From Perna viridis (taxonomy: Eukaryota), in assembly GCA_037379345.1 (NCBI GenBank), contig CM074515.1, positions 30,879,801 to 30,943,800 of the forward strand: DNA of 64,000 nucleotides, given 5' to 3'. The translations under genes were made by a program, and so were the position numbers. The notes under the pieces are model-generated. The model was not told the origin of the DNA. It ran no database searches and worked only from the letters and a program-made list of their open reading frames with translations. Of this stretch, positions 49,381 to 62,700 are shown one piece after another (within the stretch, counting starts at the first letter, position 1; each line of letters opens with the position of its first letter).

Positions 49381-50479
49381 TAATTGACTTTTTTACATCA
49401 CTGTACATAAAAAAAGGTTTCTGAACTGACAAACAAACGTGCCGAAACTTTTGAAATAAGACCGTTAGATCCATCCATGTTTGTTTTCCAATCCAACTGT
49501 TCAATATATAATACAATGGACAAGTAATATAGTCAATCGGCCGACTGACCTACGACCTAAATCTCTTTGATTAATAAGATTATGCCCTGTATTTAGAATG
49601 AATGATGTTTAGGCATATTAAAGACGAGCTTCCTTCAATAGAAGGTAAAAACATTCCCACTGAGTACTCGTATTTCTTACAAATGAAGCTATTTGACGAT
49701 TATGCTGACTGAACAAATCTGAAGAACATTATTCCTGTCGAATTTTAACATTAAAAGCATGTTTGTCAAAAACAGTGTGAATTAAGGGGGCGTTCACAAA
49801 TACAATACGATAACTGTTCATCGCATTTGCTCTTTATGTGCATATTCTATACACGTTGACCGGATAGGCGGTGTTGCACCGAGCTATATTCTGTGACTTA
49901 TACAACTACTCATTGTCTAAAACTACATTACAAGGTTTTTGGAACAGCGCTTTGACATTTTAAAACCCAACCGTTCTGCTCAATATCTGTACAACTGATT
50001 AGTCAAATTACCCATTAACTTTCTTTTCACCATGCAAGTGCTCTATTCATACCAATGCTTTATATCTTGTACGGGTTATCCAAATAGAGGAATAAACGTT
50101 ACACTTAATTATGTGTCTTTTGTGTCGTTATTGCGGTCACAAAACACCTATAAAGCCACTAATACAATACTTCATTTATTGATATATTTTGATCTCTTTT
50201 ATAATTGTCGACTATTTAATCTTAGTATCAAAACATTTGCTTTACAAGATTACGAGAAGTAGACTATGGATGCTTTAGCGCAATATGTATTCAATTTACA
50301 GAAATAATTTTGTTATAAGACGGAGTTTATTGTAAACATTGATTATGGATAAAGATATTACCAAAAACCACCGAACACTAAGGAATTGTCAAAAGGAAAT
50401 GTTAAAAGGCGGATCAAGTAAAATCATCCAACATGCAAAATAAAGTTAAATGCTGTCAAATAAAAATAATAATAGTATA

Positions 50480-51055
50480 GAAAGACACTGCGTAGTGTTA
50501 TAAGACACGCTATAGTATAGTTATACACTTTATACTTTTGACCAAAACACTGTAGTATAGATTGACACTTTATACTTTTGACAAACTCAGTATAGCATAA
50601 ATTGATATTATTGAAAAACACTTCATAGTATAGATAAACACACACTTTAGTACAGAAAATGCTTCATACTGCTGACAGACACATTTTTGTATAGATAGAC
50701 ACACAATATTATTGACAGACACACTATAGTTTTGATAGACACGATGTATTGTTTGACACACACACTATTGTATGGGTAGACGCACCATGTTATTGAAAGA
50801 CACCCTATAGTAAAGATAGACAAAGCATGCTATTGACAGACACACTATAGTATAGATAGACAAAGCATGTTGTTGACAGACACACTATTGTATAGATGGA
50901 CAATGCATGTGTTGACAGACATACTATTGTATAGATAGACACACCATATTGTAGACAGACACACTATTGTATAGATAGACACACCATATTATTGGCAGAC
51001 ACACTCTAGTATAGACATACAAAGCATGTTGTTGACAGACACAACATATTGTAAA
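50480..51055. repeat. ~40-42-bp minisatellite (gacagacacactattgtatagatagacacaccatattatt)
   Basis: About 10 or more degenerate tandem units. Confidence 0.85.
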
Positions 51056-54000
51056 ACATAGCAATATAAAAGCACTGTTATGTAACTCTTTTTAACATAC
51101 TGTGGTAGAACTCATCTGTTCTGGATTTGGCTTCCTATTAAATTCGGTATTTTTTGTTTTGCTTTTTAGTATACTTCTTCTATACAATTTACTTTTGAAT
51201 CTTGATCTTGCGTATTTGGTTTTTTTTCTAATGCTGCTGATGAAAAATTAATATTGAAGCACGTGTACAGCATACCAAAATTTGAAGGGAAAATATATAT
51301 GGTTGGTATTGGTTGAATTTATATAATGTCTATCATAGAGCACTATTACTGTAACGATGTTCTGTAACAGCACAAATTAACCCCCATAATACATTTTGAT
51401 GGTTTAAGATTAGTGAAATACACGTACAAAACTTAAAGCAATGTGCATTCATGAAATCCCATGGGAAAAAAATCCCATGAATTTCAAATTGTAACTACAA
51501 ATTTATTTTAGTAAATATTGTAAAACAAAATGCATTTTATTAAATCCCATGCAAATCTGCATCCAATGGTTAGTCATATGACATGGTAGGTTGAAGAAAA
51601 AGCGGCGCAAGATTTGCAATTTAGTGTTTTGCAAATTTAAATTGTCTTGTGTTCAATGTAGATGTCATAATTTCTGTTTTCTAGCTTACAAACGTTGCTT
51701 TTATTGCCATTTTCATCAAATTTGAGGTTCGTAACTCAAAGTCACGAGCTCATATCGGTGTGACCCATTGTCATTCAAGCGACAACCGGAACATAAAATG
51801 GGAGAAACATATCCCCTACCAGTTTTTGAATTTGCCTGTCAGTTTTTGAAATGAGTGCCATTTTGCTGTATAATTGCATATATCTCAGCTTACGCTGTCA
51901 CCTTTCAAAGACATCTGTTAACATAAGAGTTTGTAATTCATGCGTTATATAACACCCTTTTTGATCTTTTTCTCGTAAAATGAACTTCGCCACTTAATAC
52001 CATATAATTTAATCTATTTGAACCTGTAAATTAACGCCGAATTTCTATCAGACGAAATTACATTTGTAACAATATCTTTAAAGTAGAATGGTTACACGCA
52101 GTAGTTAAAATATTTAACTTTGAAAGTTTAGTAGTACCTTCGGCAAAAATCAACACTTTAGAGCCGTAATCTCCATAACCGGAAATTCGATATACATAGA
52201 GACGATATTATCGCTTGAATCACAGACTTCAATAATTCAAACATCATTTTATCATAAAAGAACTATAATATAAATATATGTTTAACTGACAAGTATTAAT
52301 ACTTTTCGCATTTTTATCCTGAGACCGAAATATTGTTTTTTCATTAGGCTGTGTGTATTTTCGACTTGATTGTTAATTTTGTTCTTGTCTTTGATTTGTT
52401 TTGTTTTAATTTCCCGTGTTCATTTGCATTTTGTTTTTGTTCTTTGTTTGTTTATTTGTGTGTTTTATTTTTTGTTTTGATTTTTTGTTTTTGGGGTTTT
52501 TTTTTGGGGGGGGGGACGGGGGTTATCACCAAGCACCTCACTTTTAATACCATCGTTCCTGGTTTATTTTTACATTCTTTAATGTATTTCGATGAACACC
52601 CCTTAGTTCTTATGAAAACTAAACATTGCAATACACATATTTAATACATGCATGAAAAATACTGCAAAGTAAACGATTTTAAAATAATTTGTTTTCACCA
52701 AGAAGAGGTATGATAGCTTTATCGAATATGGTAGGAAATATTTGTTTATGTGCACCAAACTTTCGAAATCAAAACAATTAATATGATATTTAGATATAAT
52801 ACCGTAGGTAAAGTTGTGTAACTCTAAATCATGTTTTTATTATCAGGTGTTCTATAGACCTATATACTACCGGCTTAAATGTTTTGATATCATTTCCTCC
52901 CTAGACAATCTTTTGTTTATTTTTAACAGCTGCAATATGCATGTTGTCTTTGCTTATGAAATCATATTGTATCTACCACCTGTAAAATATGTTTAAAGGA
53001 TAAAAAATATGGCAACGTGTATGCTCTGGACGGGACCGAATGCGTGGGTACGCATTCGTCGATGCATATGGCTTGACCTTCCTTACAATGTCATTAAGTT
53101 TAGATGATTGTTTGATTGATTTTTTCTGTCTGATTGATCGGTTGATCATTGAATTTCGATCGTTTACACATTATTTTCGAACTTGTGTTTGATGTATTCA
53201 AACACAAGAGCAGTTGAGGATCTTACAGCTTCGATCGAACGTGCGATAACAGGTATCTCACGTCTACGGCCTCCAATTTTTTATACGCTACACGTTTTGT
53301 GCTGTATTACTAATTTATGACCCATGGAATAACTGTCCGGTCGGGGTAAACGGTCATACACAAAACTACCAAGGCGGTTCCAAGCATATATGTATATAAA
53401 GGGTTTGAAGATTTTGGGTAAATCTTTCGTTTTCGGGGTTCTTTATAAGTTATATCTCACAGAATTGTCTCTTATACTACACTTCTTAGTTCATCACATG
53501 TTAAGATGTTAATAACTTATGAGAAAGACATGCTGTGAGTAGAGATAGTTTTCCTGCCTAAATATGCAATGTATCATTTGTTTTTATTTTGATAATATCC
53601 CTAAAGCCACTGGACTAAACCAATGCACGTCTTTCATGCAACAGAATGGGTTTTCATTGAATATTTCTCAAAAATGAATAATCAATTAGATGAAATTAGT
53701 TACATCATCTATGTTTGTCTAAATTAGCAAATGACGGGTGCACCGTTACCAGTATATCCGTTTGGTCAAGTCCATTCCAGACCGAAGTTTACAATTTGCC
53801 TTACAATAAGAGAAACAAAAGTAAAATAGGCGTATTGAATTCGTACTTTGGAGCCTAGTTCCCATTGCGTGCAACTGTCAAAACTGTCCTCATTGACTCA
53901 CCTTTAAAAAACAAATGGCATTTCACTTTTTGAATACATACACGGTGGTATATCATTTTTAAGACTTAAATTATAACTAGGTCAACATTTAATTGGAACG

Positions 54001-56118
54001 AAATCGGTTTTATCTTTTCTCTGGTGCTTTAAATGCTATTGTTGTTATTATAATATTTAACAATGTAATTGTCATTCTTTAATAAAACTCTATAAAAAGG
54101 ATTCGTACTTTTATCGAAGTGTTCCATCAATGAATACCATATTAAGAACCACGGAAATCTATGATTATAATCAATGTTGGAAGATAAAGACAGCACCAAG
54201 GTAACAAAAGAAATAACAAACCACCAACGAAATGAAATACTCGTACCAAAAGCCTAAACCCTACCAAAACAATTTTCAACATTGCAGAACCAGGTTTATT
54301 GGTACTTTCAGTTGAAAAGTGCTTCAAATAATCACCATTTTAATCGTATTGTGTTGTTTCTAGCTATATTGGGGGTCATTATGATTTTGAATATGCAAAA
54401 ATAATACATTTCTTTAATTTCCTCATCACATTTTTTACATGCACCGTCACAAAATTCGAAATAGTACTAAATCAGACATTATCAACATTATAAATTATCG
54501 AAAGCTGAAAAAAAACGCATACAACATAGCTACAATGTCCCAAGTGGCCAATACAGTGTACTTCATTCCAAATCCCACAAATACATCGTTCTTTCTCTCT
54601 CGATATTGGGTGTTCAACCAATGAGTATATAAATTATTACATGGGTGGTAGTCTTTTTTCAGTATGATCCTATTTATCGACTGAATTAATTGGTTTATTT
54701 AAATCTCTACATTTTTGTGTTTGTTTGTTTTGTTTTTTTTTTTTCTCATTATGTATTTTTTCTCTTTTTCAGTATATGCTTGCTTTACGTAGCAACTTTA
54801 TCTTTAATATGAGTTAAACCACGAACCTTTCGAAGTTTTGAAATTTAACTTCACATGTGCTTATTTACAATTATCTTTCATCCACTATTGCCCGTCACAA
54901 ATATTTTTTTCTCAGTTACAGTTCGTCCTCATTTCAAAAAACAGATCTTTCATTTCACGCTAATGAACAATCCAGCTTTGCCCAATTACAACCCAATAAC
55001 GACTGCACTCACAGCAATCATTTTCTTTTCGACCAAATTGTAAAAGTTCAATGGGTCAATTTCCTCTTTCTGGCTCGCGAACAATATAAATATTTTTCTC
55101 CAAATATTTATACGAGCAAAAAACTCATTCTATAACCAAGTTTACGACAGAGCCGAACACAATAAATTCAGTCTGCTTTGATCTGACCTAGCCATTGAGG
55201 TATCGTGAACATAAACATTGCCATTAAGTACCAGGTAATTAGCTAGGTGCTCTCCTCTGATAGAGGTAATTACTGACCGAGCTTCCATTTCCTATTAACC
55301 TGACACTAGAAATATACATTTTAAGCGTTTACAATCAAGTTCTGCTAACCTGTAATTGCGAATACGTACAGAAAAGATAAGGCAGGACTTGGAAGGGGTG
55401 ATAAAACATCTAAGCTACTAATGTGTCCTATCAAACTATAATCCATAATAGCATGATCCATAAACTGTTTGTATATTAATGATTTCGAAATTAACGACTT
55501 CATGATAATTATGCGAAAGACTGATATGTGTAGATATATACCTTAAGATGTTTCATTTCCAGTTTTGTGAAAATCTTTGCAATGGAAAAATAGAACTTGA
55601 CATTATACAAAATTTTATAGTTTTTGTTAGTTTCCTTTTTTTATTTTGTTTTTGTTTTGTTTTGTTTTGTTTTGTTTTGTTTTGGTTTGGTTTGGTATGT
55701 TTTGTTTTGTTTTGTTTTGCTTTTGTCTTCTTTTTTAGGGGGGTGGGGTGGTCGTGGTCCCTTTTACACTTGCCAAAGTAGTCCTGGCGAATCTTGTACA
55801 CAATTTTAATGAATATCATATGTAAAGATGACGTGATATGCTTCAATCTCAATGAAGTCCACTTACAGTAAGTTACACCAGCACTTCAAAATTTTACAGT
55901 CAATATGTGTATACAGAATATTAGGCAATTTTTTTATACTGGCTTTATCATGGGTATTTGAGGTCGAGCCCGTTAGTGCGAGCCTGTGAATCTCGTGAGA
56001 AAACCTGTTTCAAAAACCAATTGCCTAATATTCAGTTTATAGGTAATTTGTAGGTAATATTTCATTTTCATTTTTTTTTTGTATGTGAAAAAAAAATCAA
56101 ATTTCGACCTTGAAAACG

Positions 56119-56316
56119 GATACATAACTCTTGAAATCAGTAATATGTTTTTTATCATATTCAATTTCACCAAAACCTATCAAGCTTTCATTTGAAACAG
56201 AATGAGATCAGTCCAAGTTGCTTTGAGGCTTACATGAGATAGATGTAAAATGCTGAATATAAACGTTCCATTGATTTGTAAAAGTTGTGTCCTTTACCCT
56301 AGGTCTACCTCCTTAA
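56119..56316. mobile_element. MITE family A, near complete
   Basis: Ends ttaccctaggtctacctcc-ttaa; internal sequence matches 16021-16230 in reverse. Confidence 0.8.
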
Positions 56317-56447
56317 TTCACCAAGTGTTATTGCTGAAAAAGACGTTTTAATTTAGGCAAAAACAATGAGAAACAGTAAAATGTATAAGTGTGTAATAAT
56401 CGTAAATTATAACATCTAGTTCAAAACAATCTGCATTACCTCATTTA

Positions 56448-56851
56448 CAAGGTCAAGTTGCTACAAGATTGAAGTCATCACTACAGAAGTTTTATGGTCG
56501 TCATCATGAACTCGTGGATCATTATGGTGCATCCATCTGCACCATGAAAACTGATTTATTCAACGGGTCATAGTTTTCCTTTTCTCGTTTGTCTACCCCG
56601 GACTTTTTGTGAGCAACTCCGCGGGTGTTTCTAGAAAAGCAGAGGACGCTTACCCTACCAGTGCACCTGGTCCATGCTCCCACTTTTTAATGGAGTCCGA
56701 GTTGCTCGTTTGCTTTTGTTACTTTGTATGTATGATTTTAGTTACTTTATGTTCTTTGTTGTGTATGTCTGTTTTCCATGTCTGGTCTTTGTCCCTGGAT
56801 TACTTTTTTTTTTGATTATCGCTATAACCTTGGTTCCCTTGTTTACTCTTT
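56448..56851 (+). mobile_element. Penelope-like 3' end (RT C-terminus plus full 3' UTR)
   Basis: ATRLKSSLQKFYGRHHELVDHYGASICTMKTDLFNGS* followed by the shared UTR. Confidence 0.9.
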
Positions 56852-58141
56852 CATTGTTGTTAACAAAGCACAGAATTTGATGTTATGCTTGAAGATATTC
56901 AAACGGCGAAAATAATCTTTGAGTTTCAGTTGTTTACAACTTATAATGTCAATTGTGTAATCCGGTTGGATGTAAGAGCTCATTACAGCGTCTACTAAAT
57001 ATAAAGAGAATGGATATGGTGAATACGAAACAACTATCAGGATGAAAAATGTCAGCTCAAAACCACTCATGGGTCTTTAATGAACGTCATATAACCAGCA
57101 GGCTGAATCTAGCCCCAAAACAACATTATACATACCTACAGCGAAATGTTGCCCCATTATACATGTACTCCAGCAACATAAAAGTAAACTAAAAAAAAAG
57201 ACGCATATGTGGATCACAATGGTAGAGTACTCGAAAAGTTAATTTCTTGACATTGATTATGATTATAGTAAACTTTGAAGTAAGTGTAGTGGTTCTATTT
57301 TAGGTTAGCCAGCGGGCCCCTTTCTGGAATTTCCGCCACTGGTGCGTTTAAAAAAAATCCAGTGTCTTGCTTCCAAATATGATGCTAATTATTGATATCA
57401 AATTGGAAAGATTTTACGTTTACATGGTATTTTGATGAACAGGCGGACAGACAAACACACAGACTAAAGGAAAAAATCATTCCTGTGTACATTACATCAA
57501 TTTTTATTGTATTGTACACTAACAAACGAACGCAAACCAACGTTTTTTCATAATTTTTAAATTCATATATTACTGCGCTGAGTTTTTTTACCAGTTTTTC
57601 AGCAATAAACTGTAGGACATTATTTTTTTTTAATCTTAAATTATGATAAATTGATTCTTATTAGCCAGAAGGTTTGCCCTAGTAATTAGATTTGACTTAC
57701 TTATTCAAAAAATGTATTATGCTAGCAAGATACTTTAAAGAAACGCCCTTTAGCCAGCGGATTTGGTCAAATTATGAGCTGTTTTAATTCATATAGTGGT
57801 TAACTCTTCATATGAAATTGTAATTAAATTTAGTATTAATTAAGCAAGAATTTCTTGGCATTTTATTTGTTGTTTTCTTGGTATTTTATCTGTTGTTTAC
57901 GTCGCTATACATTGTTTTTTAGTTTTGAAGCCTGGTTTAAGAAGAGGGCGGATCCATGCAGATTTTAGAAAGGGAATCCAGAAAAAGGGAGACTCAAGGT
58001 TATTATTTGCCAATTTTTCCCAAATTAAATATTTTTTTTTCAAATTGAGGTTCAAACTATTATTATTACTTAAATCAGTTTTTGGAAAATATAGAAATAT
58101 TTTCTTACTAACATGTAACTTAACCCTTTTTTCTTGCACAG

Positions 58142-58219
58142 ATCAAGTACCAGCCTATAAAAGAGCATCTAGGACCATTTTCACAGCGCATGCCCAGGCC
58201 CAGTTAGTACTTCCGTGAG
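58142..58219 (+). other. Candidate non-coding exon (78 bp)
   Basis: Branch-like ctaac and cccttttttcttgcacag acceptor; gag|gtatat donor; stops in all three frames. Confidence 0.3.
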
Positions 58220-58397
58220 GTATATGCAACACTCTAACAGTATTTAAACATATTTTTGCTGGAAAGTAATGCTTAAATATCACTCACGGAAGTGTTAAGA
58301 TTTTAGCAAGAATTGGTCTATTACATCAAGTTCGGAGTGAGAAGACGTAGAAACAAACAAATTCAAACTCTCTCAAATCTGTCTCTTTCTTCTTACC

Positions 58398-58577
58398 ATA
58401 CCGATGCACTTGTTCCATGCTCCCAGTTTTTAGCAGAGTCCGAGGTTGCTCATTTACTTTAGCTTCCGTACGCGTATTATTTTAATTATTTCATGTTCTT
58501 TGTTGCGTGCCCCTAATTAATTTGTGTTGTTGTTTTCCGTGGATTATGTTTCGAATCTTGGTTCCTTTAAATTCCCT
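58398..58577 (+). mobile_element. Diverged Penelope-like 3' UTR fragment
   Basis: tccatgctcccagtttttagcagagtccgaggttgctcattt ... aatcttggttcc. Confidence 0.75.
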
Positions 58578-59657
58578 CACAAAGAAATGAAATGTTTGCT
58601 CCCTCCTGGGCAACTGACCACGCCAAATTAAGGCAAACTAGAGTAATAGGTCAGTAGTATCATTTTATCTTATCAGTTATGATTACTTGTTATTATGATT
58701 CATACTTGTCATTTTTGCATATTAAAAATATTATCAACCTTCAATTTGTTTTATCAAAACCCATACAAGTCATTTGCTTACAATGTAAATAAGTATCATT
58801 AGCGTAATGTGGGTTTAATCGAGAGTTTTGATTATTTTGAAATGACAAAATAATAAAAGAATGTAACCGAACTTGTAAAATGACACATAAACAACTTTAA
58901 TTAAATCTACATGTACTTTTTTGAAGACATAATAGCATTTACAATATCAATGATGACAGTGTTTAACACATTCGTATAGTTCCAAAAATAAATATCAACG
59001 AGATGTAAAGGATCGAAGCATTTTTCCCGTTGTTACTAATTTCAAGACGAAGTCAATCCACCATGGACTGGTTTTGGTTCAGTGTCCGATTGCTGTCTAT
59101 TTATGAATTGTTACCTACCACCCATTTTTTTTGCAGGATTAACCCCTGTTTTTAGCCGCCCATGACTGGATATCCCCATTAGATGAAAAATTCTTAAAAT
59201 TGTACTCTGTTTTTACCCGATCCATCTTTTATGAAGATTTTTTATAAACAGTTTGGAGTTCTACTTTAGCAAGGTTTCAGTATCATTATTAAGATAATTT
59301 TTGCAATCGGAACTACTTAGTCCTTCTCCTTTCACAAGAGATTGAACATTGTACCGGAAATAGCAGAGTAGTCCCGATTTTATTTTAAATTCTGTACCAA
59401 GATGTACAGCAGCATAATTTGAATTGAAAATATCAGGCAGCGTGAAAAAGTTCAGATTTAGATAGAGAGTATGAAATAGGTTTTCAGGTTATGAGATGTT
59501 CAGACGTCCAAAAAGCTAAAGAAAAGGAGTATCGCGTTCTCAATTAACACATTACTTGTAGAATTACTATTAACTAAGTTCTACTTTATAATCTAATACC
59601 TGTTTCTGGTATAAGAGACGTCCTTACCTAACAAAACAACGATCTCATTCATAAACA

Positions 59658-59837
59658 TACAGTAAAACTTTCAACACCAAATCCCTTTGGGTTTACAAGT
59701 GTTTGTGTGGTAAAGGCATATGTTTTGGTAACGCCATTTCAAAATGTATGTATTTTGATATGAAAAGGTTCCAGATTGCGATTGGTATGATGGGGTTTTC
59801 TGTCAATTAAGGGCTAGGGTCGATAGGTTTTACTATA
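59658..59837. mobile_element. Tc1/pogo-like MITE
   Basis: ta-cagtaaaac ... gttttacta-ta. Confidence 0.5.
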
Positions 59838-60433
59838 TAAAATGATATCATGTCTCATTGACGTATTGGGTATTCAAGATACTGCTCAAATTTACAGTGT
59901 CAACATGGAGCGTCCTTGGAAGAAAATCGTATTCTGCTCGATTCACGTAGTAAAATTTATCAAATTTTATGTTAGTAAACTTCTATGTAGGTTTAAATTC
60001 AGCTTAAGTTTTTTTCCATAACAATACCACCCCTTTAATACATAAATTTGTCTGCGTTCACCAGACCACAAAACGACCTCTTTTCATTGGCTGCCCGGTG
60101 TGATATGAATTGTATATATACGCGAATACAACTTATTTATGAATGAATATCAAAATGTTCCATGCACTTAAAATTATGATAGTAGCATAGAGTTCATCTG
60201 CCTACCTACTATTCCACTTGATAGGGAGAGCAAAATGATGATTGTTACTTTCATATGTATAAAAAATGAATAGAGAATATTTATTTTAGTTTGTTTAGTA
60301 AATATTTATCTTAGTTGTTGTATCAGTTCATTTGGAAATATGATAAATGACATGTTTTGTGATAATTGGTGAAAATATTTTAGACACCTTTATGAATAGA
60401 GTACGATAAAAAATCTTATGGAGTTACAAAACC

Positions 60434-60481
60434 ATGGTAATGGAGAGAAAGTTATTCTATTTGATATTCTGTTGTATGCAG
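60434..60481 (+). CDS. Candidate first coding exon (signal-peptide-like MVMERKLFYLIFCCMQ) of a gene continuing downstream
   Basis: Kozak-like accATGg, a short hydrophobic run and a perfect CAG|GTAAGT donor; no downstream exon identified. Confidence 0.35.
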
Positions 60482-62469
60482 GTAAGTCTATTTAATCAAT
60501 CATTGCTTTTGATAGGTTTTTGATTTAAAAAGGTAGGCTCTCAATTTTTTTCCCTAGTTTATTTTATTTTATTTATTTATTTTTGTTCAATGAATACAGT
60601 AATTGGACTGACAGGTGTGTCATCTTTTGGATATATAGTAATATTATGACTGGGTCTATATTATGTTACACCTAGTTTCTGATCGAGGTCCATAAATATG
60701 GGCTAGATAGCCCCTAAAACCTTTCTTGATATATAATGACCGCACGAAATACATTATTTAAAGCAGTTTTTTCCTTGTTTTTCGTTTTTATCTATTCGGT
60801 TTTGGTTTTGTGTCACATCCATGTGAGGTTAAAAAAATAACTTATTGATGTATAAAGAGTCAACTCTATACAATTTTAAAAATTACAAGTTATGACAATT
60901 ATATTGTTTTGTACAAATGCCTATCCATATCATTTTGTCATTTAGATGACACTGTTCATTTTGGGACCATTTCAACCTTGATGTGATATGATAGTGTCAG
61001 TGTAAACTTCTTTTATCCATATTCTTGAAATTACTTATTATGACAGTTATTTCTTACTTTACAAATTGCTGGTTGAGCAATTTTCTTTGATTCAATTAAA
61101 GAAAGCAGAGATACGCGAGTCTCGGTTTGAATTGAACATTTGAATAGCCACCTGTTAACTCTTACGTAATAGGAGAAGTTTATCTAATGTTAAGCTTTAT
61201 CGACTGTTATTTAAGAAAAGAGATATTCCAATCCAGTTTGAAATAACAGGTTGCAAGAAACAAGGTCATTGTAAAGCGGGACATCCTCTTGCCCTTCTAT
61301 ATCTTATCTCATGAACGGAAGTTAAATGCCTTAAAGTAATAGGTTTGAAGACTTTTGTTCTTAAATGAATTCGTCCTTCAAAATGAACGAAATGAAACAA
61401 GAGATTAACGCTTCATTGTTTGTAGCCAATTTTACGAACTATTCGTAATCACGATTCGACCGTTGTTCTATTTTCGAACTTCATTTTGATACGTCTGACT
61501 TATAGACCTGTTATGCTTACCATTATTATTCATGTAGTACTTGGTCCACGCTTAATGACGTCATCGAAGCATATATATATATATAATATTTGATTGACGC
61601 AAGATTGAGATAGTTACCTTCAAAACGACCACTGAGAGGTTACTATTGTGACGGGAAATTTCTCGATAAGGACATACATGTACATGTACTGTACAGATCA
61701 TCATAACATTAGGCTACATGCTTATCATGCAAGCTAGATGACGTTCCATGGCGTAGGACTATTATTTCTATTTACGTTTAGGGTGAGTGAAATTCCGAAA
61801 TGCAATTTTCTAAAACAAAAGATACAAAGCTTTATCCACTTCATCATATTGACAGTTACGTGTTCATGTTTTTGCATATTATAGTTACCGTATCGTCTTC
61901 TTCTTACTAATTACTATTTTTACATAAGCAATTTTGCACTCTGATACAACAGCAGCATGCAAGCTCGGTGCCTAAAATATCACTCTAAGAGGCTGTATCA
62001 ACTTTGGCATGTTAGAGATTGTCTAATCTACTCTAATCATACCATGCTCATGTAGGTAGCAGATTCCAGTAGTCGAGAACTGATACGTCTAAGTAGGGAC
62101 ACGCGACTAGTAGTTGTAGTTTCAGTAACCACGTGACTATTATACATATCAAACAGCAGAGAAGGTGTTCTACGTAATGGAGTGTTAATTACCTGAAGAG
62201 TTTGTCATTGTTTTTACGTATTTAATATATGTTTGTACAATAGTACTATTATTATAGTTACTCATGGTTGTATGTATAAGCTTACAAAATGGGATTTAGA
62301 ACAAGAAAATTAAAGGAGGTTCCAGGCTACCAATTGCTCAATTTAACTTTAAAGCTTTTCAACAAAAGGGGGACCAACTCCAATTTTTGGAAATCTCTCG
62401 TTCAGCTACTGGTTACTGTTAAAGCTCGAAAATGGTTACCCGCGCTTTCCTTCGAACAAAAAATGAAAC

Positions 62470-62700
62470 ACATCTTTTCGGAAATGACGGTATTGAGACC
62501 TGTTATCTATAAATACGTTGGATGCATTACTAGATTGTGGTTCCCTTTAAATCGACATATCTTTTAGGGCATGACGGTATTGAGGCCGGTTATGTAAATA
62601 TATTGGATGCATCACTAGATAGTGGTTCTTTTTAAAGCGACACATCTTTTAGGACATGACGGTATTGAGACCTATTCTAGAAATACTTAGGATGCATTAC
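62470..62700. repeat. ~86-bp tandem repeat, ~2.7 units
   Basis: atgacggtattgag at ~62484, 62571 and 62656. Confidence 0.85.

Noticed and set aside
50480-51055. Regularly spaced repeats resembling a CRISPR array (also 21450-21870 and 62470-62700)
   Set aside because: The units are contiguous degenerate tandem copies without unique spacers, there are no cas genes, and the context is eukaryotic.
51225-51290. Hammerhead ribozyme (ctgatga at ~51237)
   Set aside because: No stem II or GAAA in the right position; at best a degenerate remnant. A similar decayed candidate near 1290-1345 also lacks the core.
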